64,000 nt of DNA from Eledone cirrhosa. Lineage: Eukaryota. Location of the stretch: assembly GCA_964016885.1 (NCBI GenBank), contig OZ024758.1:3472001-3536000 (forward strand), given 5' to 3'. The notes under the pieces are model-generated. The model had not been told where the DNA came from. It searched no databases and saw only the letters and a list, made by a program, of their open reading frames with translations. The number at the start of each line of letters is the position of its first letter. The stretch's first letter is position 1. The position numbers and the translations under genes are program-made. Positions 31,344 to 46,227 of this stretch are shown in pieces.

Positions 31344-32574
31344 CCCTTCCGTTAAATGGTTAGTGAAAGAAATATAAGGAAAAGGCTTAGAAATATAAAA
31401 TATAATTAAAGACAAGCATTTGTAATGAGATGCGTTGAGGTATTCACAGCTTGAGATTGGAGGAGATATGGAGTATGATCTGAAATACTGGGTGTGTGTG
31501 ATTGTTATGTACATATATGTTGACATTGAAGAAGAGAGATAGGAAGTAAAATTGAAAGAGATTTGATAATGAAAATATCCATCTTCTGGCGAGGTGCAGC
31601 AACATTTTATATATGACATCAATTTCGATAACACAGCAGAATAGCAGATGCTTCAGTTTATCATCCAATTCTTGGCCATTACTGTCAATATCAAACAAGA
31701 AGAATGTCTAATACAGTGTGACATGTCTTCTGAAAAAGTTATCAGGGATTGTCATTGATTTATTCTGTAATGTCGTTTTACACATCATTAATGTTGTCTA
31801 GATACTAACGTAAAGCTTATCGTTTGACTTATCCCCAAAGGAAAGCGGAAAATATAAAGAGCACCTGAGAAGCAAATCTCATTGTTTCTGTTATTTATAT
31901 TATGTCCGTCAATGAAACTCTGCATCAACTGTTTAGAAATTTCTTCTGAGATTTTATTGATTTGCAATTCAAGTCATGTTGAATAATGCAGGTCAGCTAT
32001 TTTGTTGCTTTATTTGCAGACAATATAATTCCTTTAAATATTTGTAGTTACTGGTTTGCAATTCAAACAGTATATTCGTAACTAAAATAATGATTAGAAT
32101 CCCTAGTGTTTATATATTTCTACTTGTCTTAAGGTTATGATTTGCAAAGATATACGATAAACGCAGAAATATAGCTTTCAATCCCCAAGTTTAAAGTGAT
32201 GTACGAAAATACTTTTCCATGTTTTAATGTAAGTCTTGTGAATAATATTATGTTGACGGAGTCTTTGCTCTGAATCAGTCTATATATATTACACCTAATC
32301 TTCTGCAGTTTACTTAATCATTATATCATACTAACTCAACCGCATAATTGCCCTTACATAATTTCCTTTTCTTTTGAGGATTACTGCTTTATTTGTATCT
32401 TAAGTTGTATCTTAATTTGTATCTTTAGTTGTATCTTAATTTGTATCTTAATATGTTTCCTTTCTACTGCAAGCAATGAATTTCGGACAGCTGTGTTTTT
32501 TTTTTGTCATGTTACCACAATTATCTCCAATATGAGCGAGACACGGTTACCTGACCCAACATGCCTATAAATGT

Positions 32575-32638
32575 GACAAATCCGTCTAGCCCATGCTAGC
32601 GTGGAAGTTGGACGTTAAACGATGATGATGCTGATGAT
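32575..32638 (+). mobile_element. SINE/LINE 3' tail fragment
   Basis: CCCATGCTAGCGTGGAAGTTGGACGTTAAAC(GAT)n. Confidence 0.55.
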
Positions 32639-33393
32639 ATCTATTAGGGGACCATTTTATGCCGGTGATATTTGACACCATCCATTTGTATTAATCTCTG
32701 AATGCCTGAACGTTGTTGCGTTGTCGTAAACAAAATTGAATGAGCTAATTTGGAAGAATACATATGTTAACGTCAAATGTTAGTAATACAGATATTCATC
32801 ATAACTCAACATCTTTCAAGGATGAAATATTGTATATTTCAGGTGTAGGTATTCTCTCGCTGAAAAGAAATAAGAATAGTTAATTTGTTTTCGAGCAGAA
32901 GTCTGCTCAAACAAATATAAAATGTGACGGTTTACAAAAATGACAACACACTCATTTTTCTCTTAATTATATATCTAATGAGCAATATCAATAACTGTCT
33001 TACGAAACGGAACCTCCTAGTGATTTCTTCATCTTGAAATAATTAGATATTGGTGTGGATGTGTTGAATGAGAACTAATTGCAATAAAATGATGAAAATG
33101 TTGGTGAGTATATTTGGGAAATCACAAAGTAAAGTTAAGTAAAATTAGGTGAATATATCTGGGAACCCTCTGAGATATATCGTAAAAAACTGGAATCAGC
33201 CCTGTTATCATGTGTTGAACGCTTACCAAGGCACATGCGTTCAGAGTTAATCACCTACTGATATATAATAACATATAGCAATATATTAATAGTAGGCCTT
33301 AGGATGAACCACATTGTGTCGTAGTATATATAAAAACGGATTGTAAATACTTTAAAGCTGTATATTTTTAGACACTCATAGATGTAACAAATT

Positions 33394-33585
33394 AATTGTT
33401 TCTACTATTGTCACAGGGCCAGCAATTACCCAGTACATTACTGGTACTTTATTTTATCGAGCCCGTAAGGATGAAAGGCAAAGTTAATCTCGGCGGAATT
33501 TGAACTCAGAATGACAAGGGCCGTAACTCTATGCGTCAAAGCATGGCGTCCGACCCTCTACGGATACTGCCAATCCACCGCCCTT
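33394..33585 (-). mobile_element. full-length SINE family A with 16-bp TSD
   Basis: A-box TGGCAGTATCCG, B-box GAGTTCAAATTCC, central TTGCCTTTCATCCTTACGGG.TCGATAAAATAAAGTACCAG (resembles the Meta/MESC SINE domain); GATGTAACAAATTAAT at 33381 and 33586. Confidence 0.92.
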
Positions 33586-33814
33586 GATGTAACAAATTAA
33601 TGAGGTGCAAAGCGTTTCAACCATATTCAAGCTCCTAGTAAACTCAAAGTATAAGCAATAATAATTCATTTAAATAGAATCGAAAGAGTAATATTTATAA
33701 ATGTATAGAAGTGAAAATCACTATTTTTCTTAGACAGAATACAAATATCTTTCGACTTCAGGAAATGAAACACAGTTAAGTAAAGGAAATACCTCACGAA
33801 ATTATATGTAACGG

Positions 33815-33862
33815 ACGGAGCTGCCAATACAAAAAAGTCACGTGATAAAGCAAACAGATAAT
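33815..33862 (+). pseudogene. possible hAT transposase relic
   Basis: YVTDGAANTKKSR resembles the hAT VTDNA.NM.KA motif; short match only. Confidence 0.3.
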
Positions 33863-33976
33863 ATTGAATGTAAGTTTGACGTTCACATGGATGCAGGTGA
33901 AAAAGGCTAACAGAAGGAAATTGTTGGTATTGTCGACACGATCTTGAAAGAGGAGTGAAATATATAATATATATAT

Positions 33977-34057
33977 AATTGTTTCTACTTTAGGCACAAG
34001 GACAGCAATTACCCAGTGCCTTACTGGTACTTTATTTTATCGACCCCATAAGGATGA
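33977..34057 (-). mobile_element. SINE family A 3' part, abutting a microsatellite array
   Basis: Tail and central domain only. Confidence 0.85.
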
Positions 34058-34073
34058 ATATAATATATATATA

Positions 34074-34110
<37 letters not shown>

Positions 34111-35612
34111 TATATATAATGTATGTATGTATATATAATGTATGTATGTATATATAATGTATGTATGTATATATAATGTATGTATGTATATATAATGTAT
34201 GTATGTATATATAATGTATGTATATATATATAATGTATGTATATATATATAATGTATATATATATATAATGTATATATATATATAATGTATATATATATA
34301 TAATGTATATATATATATAATGTATATATATATATATATAATGTATATATATATATATATAATGTATATATATATATATATAATGTATATATATATATAT
34401 ATATAATGTATATATATATATATATATAATGTATATATATATATATATAATGTATATATATATATAATGTATATATATATATATATATAATGTATATATA
34501 TATAATGTATATATATATAATGTATGTATATATATATATATATAATGTATGTATATATATATATATATAATGTATGTATATATATATATATATAATGTAT
34601 GTATATATATATATATAATGTATGTATATATATATATATAATGTATGTATATATATATATAATGTATGTATATATATATATATAATGTATGTATATATAA
34701 TGTATGTATATATATAATGTATGTATGTATATATATATATATATAATGTATGTATATATATATATAATGTATGTATATATATATATAATGTATGTATATA
34801 TATATATAATGTATGTATATATATATATAATGTATGTATATATATATATAATGTATGTATATATATATATAATGTATGTATATATATATATAATGTATGT
34901 ATATATATATAATGTATGTATATATATATATAATGTATGTATATATATATATAATGTATGTATATATATAATGTATGTATATATATAATGTATGTATATA
35001 TATAATGTATGTATATATATAATGTATGTATATATATATATAATGTATGTATATATATAATGTATGTATATATAATGTATGTATATATATAATGTATGTA
35101 TATATATATAATGTATATATATATATAATGTATATATATATATATATAATGTGTATATATATATATATAATGTGTATATATATATAATGTGTATATATAT
35201 ATATATATATATAATGTGTATATATATATAATGTGTATATATATATATATATATATAATGTGTATATATATATATATATAATGTATATATATATATATAA
35301 TGTATATATATATAGTGTATATATATATGTATATATATATAGTGTATATATATATGTATATATATATAGTGTATATATATATGTATATATATATAGTGTA
35401 TATATATGTGTATATATATATAGTGTATATATGTGTATATATATATAATGTATATATATGTGTATATATATATAATGTATATATATGTGTATATATATAT
35501 AATGTATATATATGTGTATATATATATAATGTGCATATATATACATTATATACATATAATGTGTATATATATACATTATATACAGCCCTCTTTGGATTTT
35601 AGTCTTCAAATG

Positions 35613-35647
<35 letters not shown>
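34058..35647. repeat. (TA)n array with AATG/AATGTATG/AGTG interruptions
   Basis: Direct reading. Confidence 0.96.
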
Positions 35648-35648
<1 letters not shown>

Positions 35649-36631
35649 TTAGTCTCTTACTCCTTGGGACAGCGTTTTGGCTCGTCAGACGTTGTGACAC
35701 CGAATCGAGCAGCAGTATCTTTGATAGGGGGAGGAACTGCCTAAGTCCATCTCAACGGCTGATGACCATGGAGTTATGTGACTTACGGACAATTCAATCA
35801 GTCAAAGTCTGACTTTTAACGAAGAAAAGACCGTACAATTAGCTAAGGAAACAATAGTGGTAGGAGTAGGAGAATAAGAAGAGGACGAATTTGAAGGAGA
35901 ATAAAAGAATAAAATGAATGGAAATGATTATGTTGATGGAGGATAGGGAGAAGGCGTAGAAGAATGATAAGAGGAAGGAAGAGAAAGGGAGGAAGAAGGC
36001 CTAGAAGAATGAGACGGAGGAGTTGAGCAAATATTGAAGGGCTTGTGTGATGAAAATGTTCATAATGATAATTTAGAGAGAAAAAAATAACATAGTTTAA
36101 TAAATAAATTTATATACCAAAAGTATGTACGGACAAACGATATATAGCCACACGGCATTGGAACTACAACAATAACTCAACAACAACAATATAGAATTTT
36201 TCAATGATGTAGCAAAACAAACCTGGAAAGTAAGGACATATGGAAGAAAAAAATACGTTAATAAAAGTACGCCAGAATAACAGAGAACGAAATTACAATA
36301 CGATAGAATATAAATACAAAGATTATTGGAAGTTGGATAGTAATCCAATTTACATATATTTCCCAATCTGTAGTAATTTTCTGCTCAGTACAAATGTAAT
36401 CATTTTCTCTATGTCGATGTTATTTTGAATGTTTTGACAACTTGTGTCACGATTCGTTGTAGATATTTTATTGGGTGGAAGGGAGCTGGTTCATATATTT
36501 GCATGATTTACGCTCTATTCTGGAAAAAATATGATTGTTAGACAGTCCTAGTTCTTTTATTCAAGAATGTACACACACGCGCTCAAACATCCATGTATGT
36601 ATATATATAAATATATACATACATATATATG

Positions 36632-36675
<44 letters not shown>

Positions 36676-36789
36676 ATGCACATATATATATAATGTATGC
36701 ACATATATATATATATAATGTATGCACATATATATATATAATGTATGCACATATATATATAATGTATGCACATATATATATAATGTATG

Positions 36790-36845
<56 letters not shown>

Positions 36846-37018
36846 TTGGAGCTGTGATCTGTCAATTCAGAGAAGTAGTGCTTCTACCTGGAGTGACTCT
36901 GAGCTACAGACTCTACCATGTGACCGTACTCCGAAGAACCTCTGCCATATTATTCTGGAATTTGCAGACCTACATAAATGTATCTCTGCTCAATCAAAAA
37001 CAAAACTTTAATAACAAT

Positions 37019-37604
37019 AGTTTCTGATTTAGACACAAAGCCTACAATGTCCGGGAGACTGGTACTATATTTTATCGACCCCCCATAAGGATCAAAGGCA
37101 AAGCTAACCTCAGCTGGAATTGAACTCAGTACGTAAAGGGCTGTAACTCTATAATACACAGCATAACGTCCCACGCTATATTGATACTGAGAACCCCCTC
37201 CATAAGGAATTTTAATAATAATTGTTTCTACTTTTGGCACAAGGCCAGCATATAAATCAGTATATTACTGGTACTTTATTTTATCGACCCTGTAGATATG
37301 AAAGGCAAAGTGGACCTCAGTGGGATTTGAACTCAGAATATAAAGGGTCGTAACTCTATGCTGCAAATCATGGTATCCGACCTTTTACCGATACTGCCAA
37401 TACACCACTCTTTAAGAATAATTGTTTCTACTTTTGGCACAAGGCCAGCAAATCACCCAGTACATTACTGGTACTTTATTTTATCGATCCTGTAAGGATG
37501 AAAGGCAAAGTTAACCTCAGCGGGATTTGAACTCAGACCGTAAGGAAACGTAACTATGTGGGAAAGCATGGCGTCAGACTTTCTACCGATACAGCCAATC
37601 CACC
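37019..37604 (-). mobile_element. three head-to-tail SINE family A copies
   Basis: Units separated by TTTAATAATAAT-like motifs at 37007, 37211, 37411 and 37605; a further partial copy at 37921-38015. Confidence 0.9.
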
Positions 37605-39086
37605 TTTAATAATAATTAAAAAACAGGCGTTAAATATGTTTAGGCTATTCCGATGGTTTATATTCCAGTTAGTCTCCTCTGAATCCAGATTGACTTATCC
37701 ACCTACCATTCATATTTTATTATAGTTTTCAGAATAATGACGCCTTCGCATATTCAAGTATTCTTCAGTATTCGCCTTACATTATATTTGACCAACGACA
37801 TGAATTGATCCGTCATACCAGGCTCGGCGGAAGAATTACATTTGTCGTATTAAAATATCTTTTGACTGGCAGCTGAAACTTATCAATAATGACTGAATGT
37901 CCACCAGAGAAAGACGAATAAAGGATGAAAGTCAAAGTTAACCTGAACTCATAAAGGGTCGTAACTCTATGTTGCAAAGCATGGCGTCCGACCCTCTACC
38001 GAAACTGCCAATCCATGCGCATAATCTAGCGTCATGTGGGGAGAACTTACAGATAAAAATCCACATATTCTGCCCTGGTTTCTAATAAAAGTAGATACAT
38101 GTTTTTTTCGCAAATTTGACAAAGTATGTGATATGCTTCACACCTTTTCTTTAGCCTTTTGTTTTGCTTAGTCCTTGGATGGCAAATTACATATATCGCC
38201 AGTATTTGGAGGTATGGCATTCTGGTCTAAATTAAGCTCTAGGAACTTATGAGCAGTCTATCGAATATTTATCGCTGAGATCATAGTAATTCGATGACTA
38301 TAGCAAGGAATCATGATTGTAGTTTGAACAAACAATTAAATATTAATATAACAGAAACTATCTTCCTTTAAATATATGTATAGACATTCTGCACATATTG
38401 TATTGTCTAGAATAGACATAGAGAACGGCAGACGACGGCAAATGCTCTTAGGAAACCAAAGTTTTTAAATATTATATAATATAGGTAAATACATACTTTT
38501 ATTATCATAAATTCGTTTTTCCTTTTTCTAATACTACTGTGCCATGTAATTTATTACGTTCTGTTAGAAGACGAACGATCAATGCTGCACCTAAATATGT
38601 GTTTCATTACGTAAGGATGAACGAGGTTTTACACGCTGGTAAAAGATAATAAGGTTAATAGAATAGAAAGAGTAGATTCATTCTCATGAGAACTGAAGTT
38701 AGTACAAATTAATTTTTGTAACAAACGAAAAAATGAAACATAGTTGACAATAAAGATTTTTATAGATGTCACTGAATACTAATTCTATGGGTTTTATATT
38801 CCATTCTACCACCCCCATTTTAGAGATAATTATCTTTAGGAGAGACATACTATGACAGAGAAAACAAACTTTGACTGTTTAAGAATAAAACCGTATAACG
38901 CGAAAGCACGAACGGCTTTGTGTAAAATATAATTTTTCTTTTCCTTCTCTGTAAACAATTAAGAATGGCTTTTATTATAACCACGAATGTTAACAGTAAC
39001 CAAACAGTTTCAACAACTTATATGTGGATTAAATTTATGTTATGTTTGGCATTCGTGTACATAGATTTTTGTGTAGTGCCCATGTC

Positions 39087-39128
<42 letters not shown>

Positions 39129-39178
39129 AAAGTAAATAGACGAAAAGGCAGTACATTAAAAAACAAAATTTACTCCTT

Positions 39179-39214
<36 letters not shown>

Positions 39215-39419
39215 AGAAAGACTTGAGCTAGGAGGGGGATTTAATTGAGAAGGGTTAATTAAGAAAGGCCAACTAGAATACAATGTCTGCTATCGAAACG
39301 GTAGTTCTTATTTGATGACTATGTATTATATAGAGTAACAAAACACCTTACTTAGCCTTAATACAATGAATATTAAAACTCTACTTCGTTATTGTGTGTG
39401 GCTTTTCCTCAGCCCTCAA

Positions 39420-39704
<285 letters not shown>

Positions 39705-40138
39705 CGGGAGAAATCATCGGGGGCTTCCTGATGATTTCTTCCGAATAAAACACTTCTAGTTTGTAGAAGTAGAAGCCATTTCTATATTAAATATTTATAC
39801 TCTATGTATTGAGTACCTTACTTACTGTGGTTACCCCCCCCCCCCCCCAATTGAACCCGGGATAAAATTATAATAATAAATGTGAAGACTAAAATCTAAA
39901 TATATGTTAACCGACAGAGCCTAAAGTGTTCGTCCTGTTTTAATGGTAGGGAGTTGTATTAGGCTTTACTGCTGATATTTCTAGAAGGTCAAATGGCCAT
40001 GTAGAATTTTCCTGTCTGATAAATGTAGTCTAAATGATCGATCAAATTACTTGACTTGTAATTATTTAATTAATTCTGTTAGACGAGGTTTACTACGGCA
40101 TTATTTGTGCCAAAAGAAAATGGACGTGTTTAAATAAT

Positions 40139-40700
40139 TTTTTCTACTTTAGACACAGGGCCAGCAATTTGGGGAGGGTGAAATGGATTAAATCAACACA
40201 AGTGCATTACTGGTGCTTTATTTTATCGACCCCGTGAGGAAGAAAGGCAAAGTTAACCTCGGCGGGATTTGAATTAAATCCGTAAAGGGCCGTAACTCAA
40301 TGCTTCTAAGAATGGTGTCCGACGTTCTACCGATACTGCCAATCCACCGCCATTGCCCCATGAGGAAGAAAGGCAAAGCACAACTCGGTGGGATTTGAAA
40401 TAAATCCGTAAAGGGCCCTAACTCAATGCTGCTAAGCATGGTGTCCGATGCTCTACCGATACTGCCATTCCACCGCCATTGACGTGTTTACATAATGGTT
40501 TCTTATGTAGGCACAAGGCCAGCAATTTTGGGGGAGGGGAAATGTTATTAAATTGACCCTTGTGCGTGACTGGTACTTTATCGATCCTGTAATGATGAAA
40601 GGCAAAATTAACCTCGGCGGGATTTGAACTCAGAACGTAAAGGGGTGTAACTCTATGCTGGGAAGCATGGTGTCCATCACTCTACCGATTCTGCCAATCC
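40139..40700 (-). mobile_element. SINE family A array (long-tail variant) with triplicated target site
   Basis: ACGTGTTTA(A/C)ATAAT at 40124, 40482 and 40701. Confidence 0.9.
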
Positions 40701-42340
40701 ACGTGTTTAAATAATGCTAGTCATTTACACAGTTATTATATATTGAGTGCATCCCTCGTTCTATTGTTATGGAACAAAGGATGAAAAATATAATACTAAA
40801 CATTTTTGTAATTATATTATTTAAAAAATAATGTTTGAGTATTTATGCGCGTACATAATAGAATTCTTCTATTGAAATATAGAAGATTACAATGTAGGAA
40901 GTCTGCAAGGGACAAAGCTAAAAATATAATATAAATAATTGGCCGGAAGCATTCTCTTATTGTACATTTTCACCGATTAATTTAAAGTAGTTTTGATAAG
41001 ATTTAACTACACAATATTCCTGACCAGGAAAGCAGTTTAGATTCTGGTTACCCAGCATAAAATAAGTTTATTACGATCTAAAAATATACGCTGGAAATCA
41101 TTCCTTTTGTTGTGCCATTCTACGAGAGAGGTGACGGTGAGAAATAAAAAATATACACGAAAAAACTATAGGCATTTCTTTAGGGTTTAAATGTTTATCA
41201 TATCATTTATATATTGTCGGTTAATTAAAAGTGACTTGAAATAAACTGAGGTCCATCCACTGGAGCGTAAAATAAACCCTCTCTCTCTCTTTCCTCTCTC
41301 TCTCTCTCTCTTTCCTCTCTTTCCTCTCTTTCCTCTCTCTCTCTCCCTCAATATATATATATACATGAATTTGAGGAAAGTAGAATTCTGCTAGCTTGGT
41401 ACCTGTGAGTTTGGACTCCACCTTAGACTCCCAGGTGACAAGGAATACCTAGACTGACATAACGTTAGAAGCCTCTTCTGCACTAGGCCAGAATAATTCA
41501 TGCCACCAACTATTACTTCAATGGATAAAACCAGCCCCTTAATAAATCGCACCTGGCTGACCAAAATCATACAGGCCCCTGAAAATCACCTTGAACTTGT
41601 AGATAAAAGAATCGCACATGCATTGGCGGCCTATATACGCGTTGTAAAGCATAAAAAAATAACCGGATTTAAAGTTTGTCGAGTTATACGCCAAGGGCTT
41701 GAACATACCACAGGTTGTACCTTGTCCATTGTTATGAGAAGCACCTGAATCGTTTAATTCCTGATCGTCGTTATAATTATGCATCCGCCTAGAGATCTAT
41801 TTATCTTTATTCTTATTTATCTGTTGATATATAGTTCAACGTATTTTACATATTTCTATTTATTCCTCTTTACTCTCTGCCTGCAATAACCAGTACTTCT
41901 CCACTACCTCGAACTCGTATTAAACAGATCATACACAAATATTGCCATGCAACACACTTATTGCTAACCACGTCTGCTTTCACAACCGTTGACCTGATGT
42001 TTGAACCTTTACTTAAATTCTTGATTTAGCAAGACCGAGCTATTTAACCTCGCTTACATTGCTTTTATTGATTTTTTTTTTTTTTTTTTTTTTTCATTTC
42101 TTAAATTATTCATTTTTACAATTTTCTTTCATTTTAAATCAATTCCAATATCATATTTCGAGTACTTATTCACGTTTAAGAAAAATTCCTCTTTATTTCC
42201 GTAGTTGCAATTAAATTTATATTTTTTCTTCTTGATTTCATTAGTCATATCATTAAATATCATTATATTCTTCCAGATTCTATACTTCATTTGTTTGGCG
42301 AAACCAACCCCTTTCCCATTCCCGCACATACTTTATGAAT

Positions 42341-42518
42341 AATTGTTTCTAGTTTTGACACAAGGCCAGCAATTATCCCAGTACATTACAGGTACTTTAT
42401 TTCATCGACCCCGTAAGAATGAAAGACAAAGTTAACCTCGGCGGGATTTGAACTCAGATCATAAAGGGCCGTGACTTTATGTCCGATCCTGTACAGATAC
42501 TGCCAATCCACCACCCTT
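42341..42518 (-). mobile_element. SINE family A with TSD
   Basis: CTTTATGAATAAT at 42331 and CTTTATAAATAAT at 42519. Confidence 0.88.
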
Positions 42519-43499
42519 CTTTATAAATAATCTCCTTCTTACAATACTGCTCAACACTGTTATAACAAGCCACACCTGTTTAACAAGTTCGTATTAGATC
42601 TTTGAACCGTTTCTCGATATCATGCTGTAGTCATAATGAACTTCATACACAATATTCCGAAAGCCAAACATAAGCTATGTTTTCAGCCTTTTACTATGTG
42701 TGACTACTCTATCCTCACCATTACACATAACACGAACAGGGAGCACTTGAGAATAACTCCTCTCATAGATCGTAGCTACCGCATACGTTACCAACTGATA
42801 CGAACCAAGTGGTAAGAATATGAATATATTTAGTTTGACAAAGCTCCATTAAAATAGTTGAGTTAAATTCTGTGATCACGTGGTCTGAATTATTACTATA
42901 TATGTGTCTCTGTATGTTTTTGTGTGTGTATGTATATATCCTCCGAATGATGTTATCCATATGATGAAGTAAAAGGGCAGATATGATTGAACCAACGCTA
43001 GAACATGGCTGGTACTTTATTTTGTAGAATATTCAAATATTAATACACATTTCGCAGGTGTTATAAATGACTGTATTTCGTGTATTACTTTTGAATTCAC
43101 TTTTTCATATATGACGTGAATAATTCCATGGTTCCTTAGACGATGATAAAACATTCCTTCAAATAGAAGACCAAATATCTAGTGGGAATACATCTTTCAG
43201 CCTGGAAACACAAGCTATGAATAGAAAAAATATATTTCATCACTAGCGAATGAATTGAAAATTCTCTGAAGAAAAGGAAAAATACATTTATATAGCTGAT
43301 GTCTCTATAGTCAATAAAATTAATAGCTTCGAAATAAAATACTCATGCGCTCACATAAAATGAATTTAAATCTCTTTCTCTCTCTCTCACATACTCCAAT
43401 CCCCATATAACAACGCACATGAACTCACTCACACACACATATAATACATACATATATGTATGTGTGCGTGTTTGTGCTTGTGCTTTTCTGCGTGTCTGT

Positions 43500-43507
43500 A
43501 TACACAC

Positions 43508-43559
<52 letters not shown>

Positions 43560-43592
43560 ATATATATATATATATATATGTGTATATATATA

Positions 43593-43623
<31 letters not shown>

Positions 43624-43640
43624 GTGTGTATATATATATA

Positions 43641-43717
<77 letters not shown>

Positions 43718-43750
43718 ATATATATATATATATATATGTGTATATATATA

Positions 43751-43781
<31 letters not shown>

Positions 43782-44260
43782 GTGTATATATATATATATA
43801 TATGTGTATATATATATATGTGTATATATATATATATATATATGTGTATATATATATATATATATATGTGTATATATATATATATATATGTGTATATATA
43901 TATATATATGTGTATATATATATATATATATATGTGTATATATATATATATATGTGTATATATATATATATATATGTGTATATATATATATATGTGTATA
44001 TATATATATATGTGTATATATATATATATATATATGTGTATATATATATATATGTGTGTATATATATATATATATATGTGTATATATATATATATATATA
44101 TGTGTATATATATATATATATATGTGTGTATATATATATATATATGTGTATATATATATATATATATATGTGTATATATATATATATATGTGTGTATATA
44201 TATATATATATATGTGTGTATATATATATATGTGTATATATATATATGTGTATATATATA

Positions 44261-44313
<53 letters not shown>

Positions 44314-44461
44314 GTGTATATATATATATGTGTGTATATATATATATATATGTGTATATATATATATATATGTGTATATATATATATATATGTGTATATA
44401 TATATATATATGTGTATATATATATATATATGTGTATATATATGTATATATATATGTGTAT
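43500..44461. repeat. (TA)nTG array
   Basis: Direct reading. Confidence 0.96.
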
Positions 44462-45069
44462 GTCAGGTCACCAGTTGGTGCTACTGGTAACATGTATCCC
44501 AGTACAACCTGTCCCATGGTCGGGTCGTTGGCGACTAAACTGGCAACCCCACCAAGGTTTCTTGGTGAGGAGGGTGACTTTGGACATCCTGCAGGACTAA
44601 AAACAAAACCTGTCAAAGGGCAAAGGAGCTCTTAAGAGTCAATGGCCATCCAAAATCACCGGGAGAGATGACCACTTAGCCTTTGTCAAGGCAGAATTCT
44701 AGGAGAAGGAAAACTCTGATATAACACCTGCAACCCTGATGGTATCCAATGATGTTGACTTGTTCTTCTTTTTGGTAAATATCATCTTGGTTAAGAGAGT
44801 GGGACTGGCTTTGTGCAGTGCCTTTGCTCACTATAAAAGCTTCACGGCACAGGCATTGCTTTATATCTGGAGATCTCTCTGCACTTGTCGTCACATGGTA
44901 CCATGGGCCCAGCACTATGTGTCAGTAATTGTCACAAGTGTAGTGTTTGTACCAGAGTTTTCAAGTCGCTGGCTGGACTAAAAAGTCACACTCGTTCAGC
45001 GCATCGGTAGGGGTTCTCCTACATGGATATAAAGTAGTGGCCGTACTCGAAAACGAGTTGGCAGCCACC
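44462..45069 (+). mobile_element. about 600-bp non-coding interspersed element E embedded in TA arrays
   Basis: Highly similar to 61364-61918; ends GAAAACGAGTTGGCAGCCAC then microsatellite; strand is an inference. Confidence 0.8.
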
Positions 45070-45567
45070 ATATATGTGTATATATATGTATATATATATA
45101 TGTGTGTATATATATGTGTATATATATGTATATATATATGTATATATATATGTATATATATGTATATATATATGTATATATATGTATATATATATGTATA
45201 TATATATGTATATATATGTATATATATATGTATATGTATGTATATATATATGTATATATATATGTATATATGTATATATATATGTATATGTATATATATA
45301 TGTATATATATATGTATATATATATGTATATGTATATATATATGTATATATATATGTATATATATATGTATATATATATATATATGTATATATATATGTA
45401 TATATATGTATATATATATGTATATATATATATATATGTATATATATATGTATATATATATATGTATATATATATGTATATATATATATATGTATATATA
45501 TATGTATATATATATATATATGTATATATATATGTATATATATATATATATGTATATATATATGTAT

Positions 45568-45598
<31 letters not shown>

Positions 45599-45771
45599 TA
45601 TATGTATATGTATATGTATATATGTATATGTATATATATATATGTATATGTATATATATATATGTATATGTATATATGTATATGTATATATGTATATGTA
45701 TATATGTATATGTATATATGTATATATGTATATATGTATATGTATATATGTATATGTATATATGTATATAT
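45070..45771. repeat. (TA)nTG/(TATATG)n array
   Basis: Direct reading. Confidence 0.96.
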
Positions 45772-46227
45772 TCGTATGGGACTGTTTGTGCTTGTTTAGC
45801 CAGATCCGATTGTTTAACTTTCCCTAATTTCTCGACCACACATTCTCTCTCTTTCCCTCCTTCCCTCCCTCCCTCCTCTCCCCCTCTGCCTCTCTCTCTT
45901 ACTGACCACCGTTTCTTTCCCTCTGTCGCTGTCTTTAACCATAGAACGTCCATAAATTTGATATTGGTGTCATTGTTATCAGTAAAACTATTTGGAATAC
46001 GCCTCCCGCCTTCCTTTGAAACATTCTCTGCATATGATTTAAGTGTGTTGTCTCTCAGTGTATGTCACATTGTAAAACGGAACAATTCTGCCCGGATAAA
46101 ATATCTTAGCTTTTAAAATATCGTGCTATTTCCGACACAATATTTATTCGAATTAATTTTATCAGATGTCAGTCATCACTTACACCGATATGTTACTAAT
46201 ACTGACGTGTTACATATCAACAAATAA

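Noticed and set aside
32640-32880. Strong minus-strand splice acceptor at about 32860
   Set aside because: All frames close quickly and no partner exon or donor is evident.
35650-35770. Hammerhead-like CTGACGAGCCAAAACGCTGTC on the minus strand
   Set aside because: GAAA is mutated and stem I cannot be built; too degenerate to call.
36843-36880. CIGAVICQ resembling the LTR-retrotransposon RNase H motif GIGAVL.Q
   Set aside because: Eight-residue match with no supporting flanking homology.
41400-41750. 82-aa ORF or possible LINE ORF1 relic
   Set aside because: No recognisable domain or splice structure.
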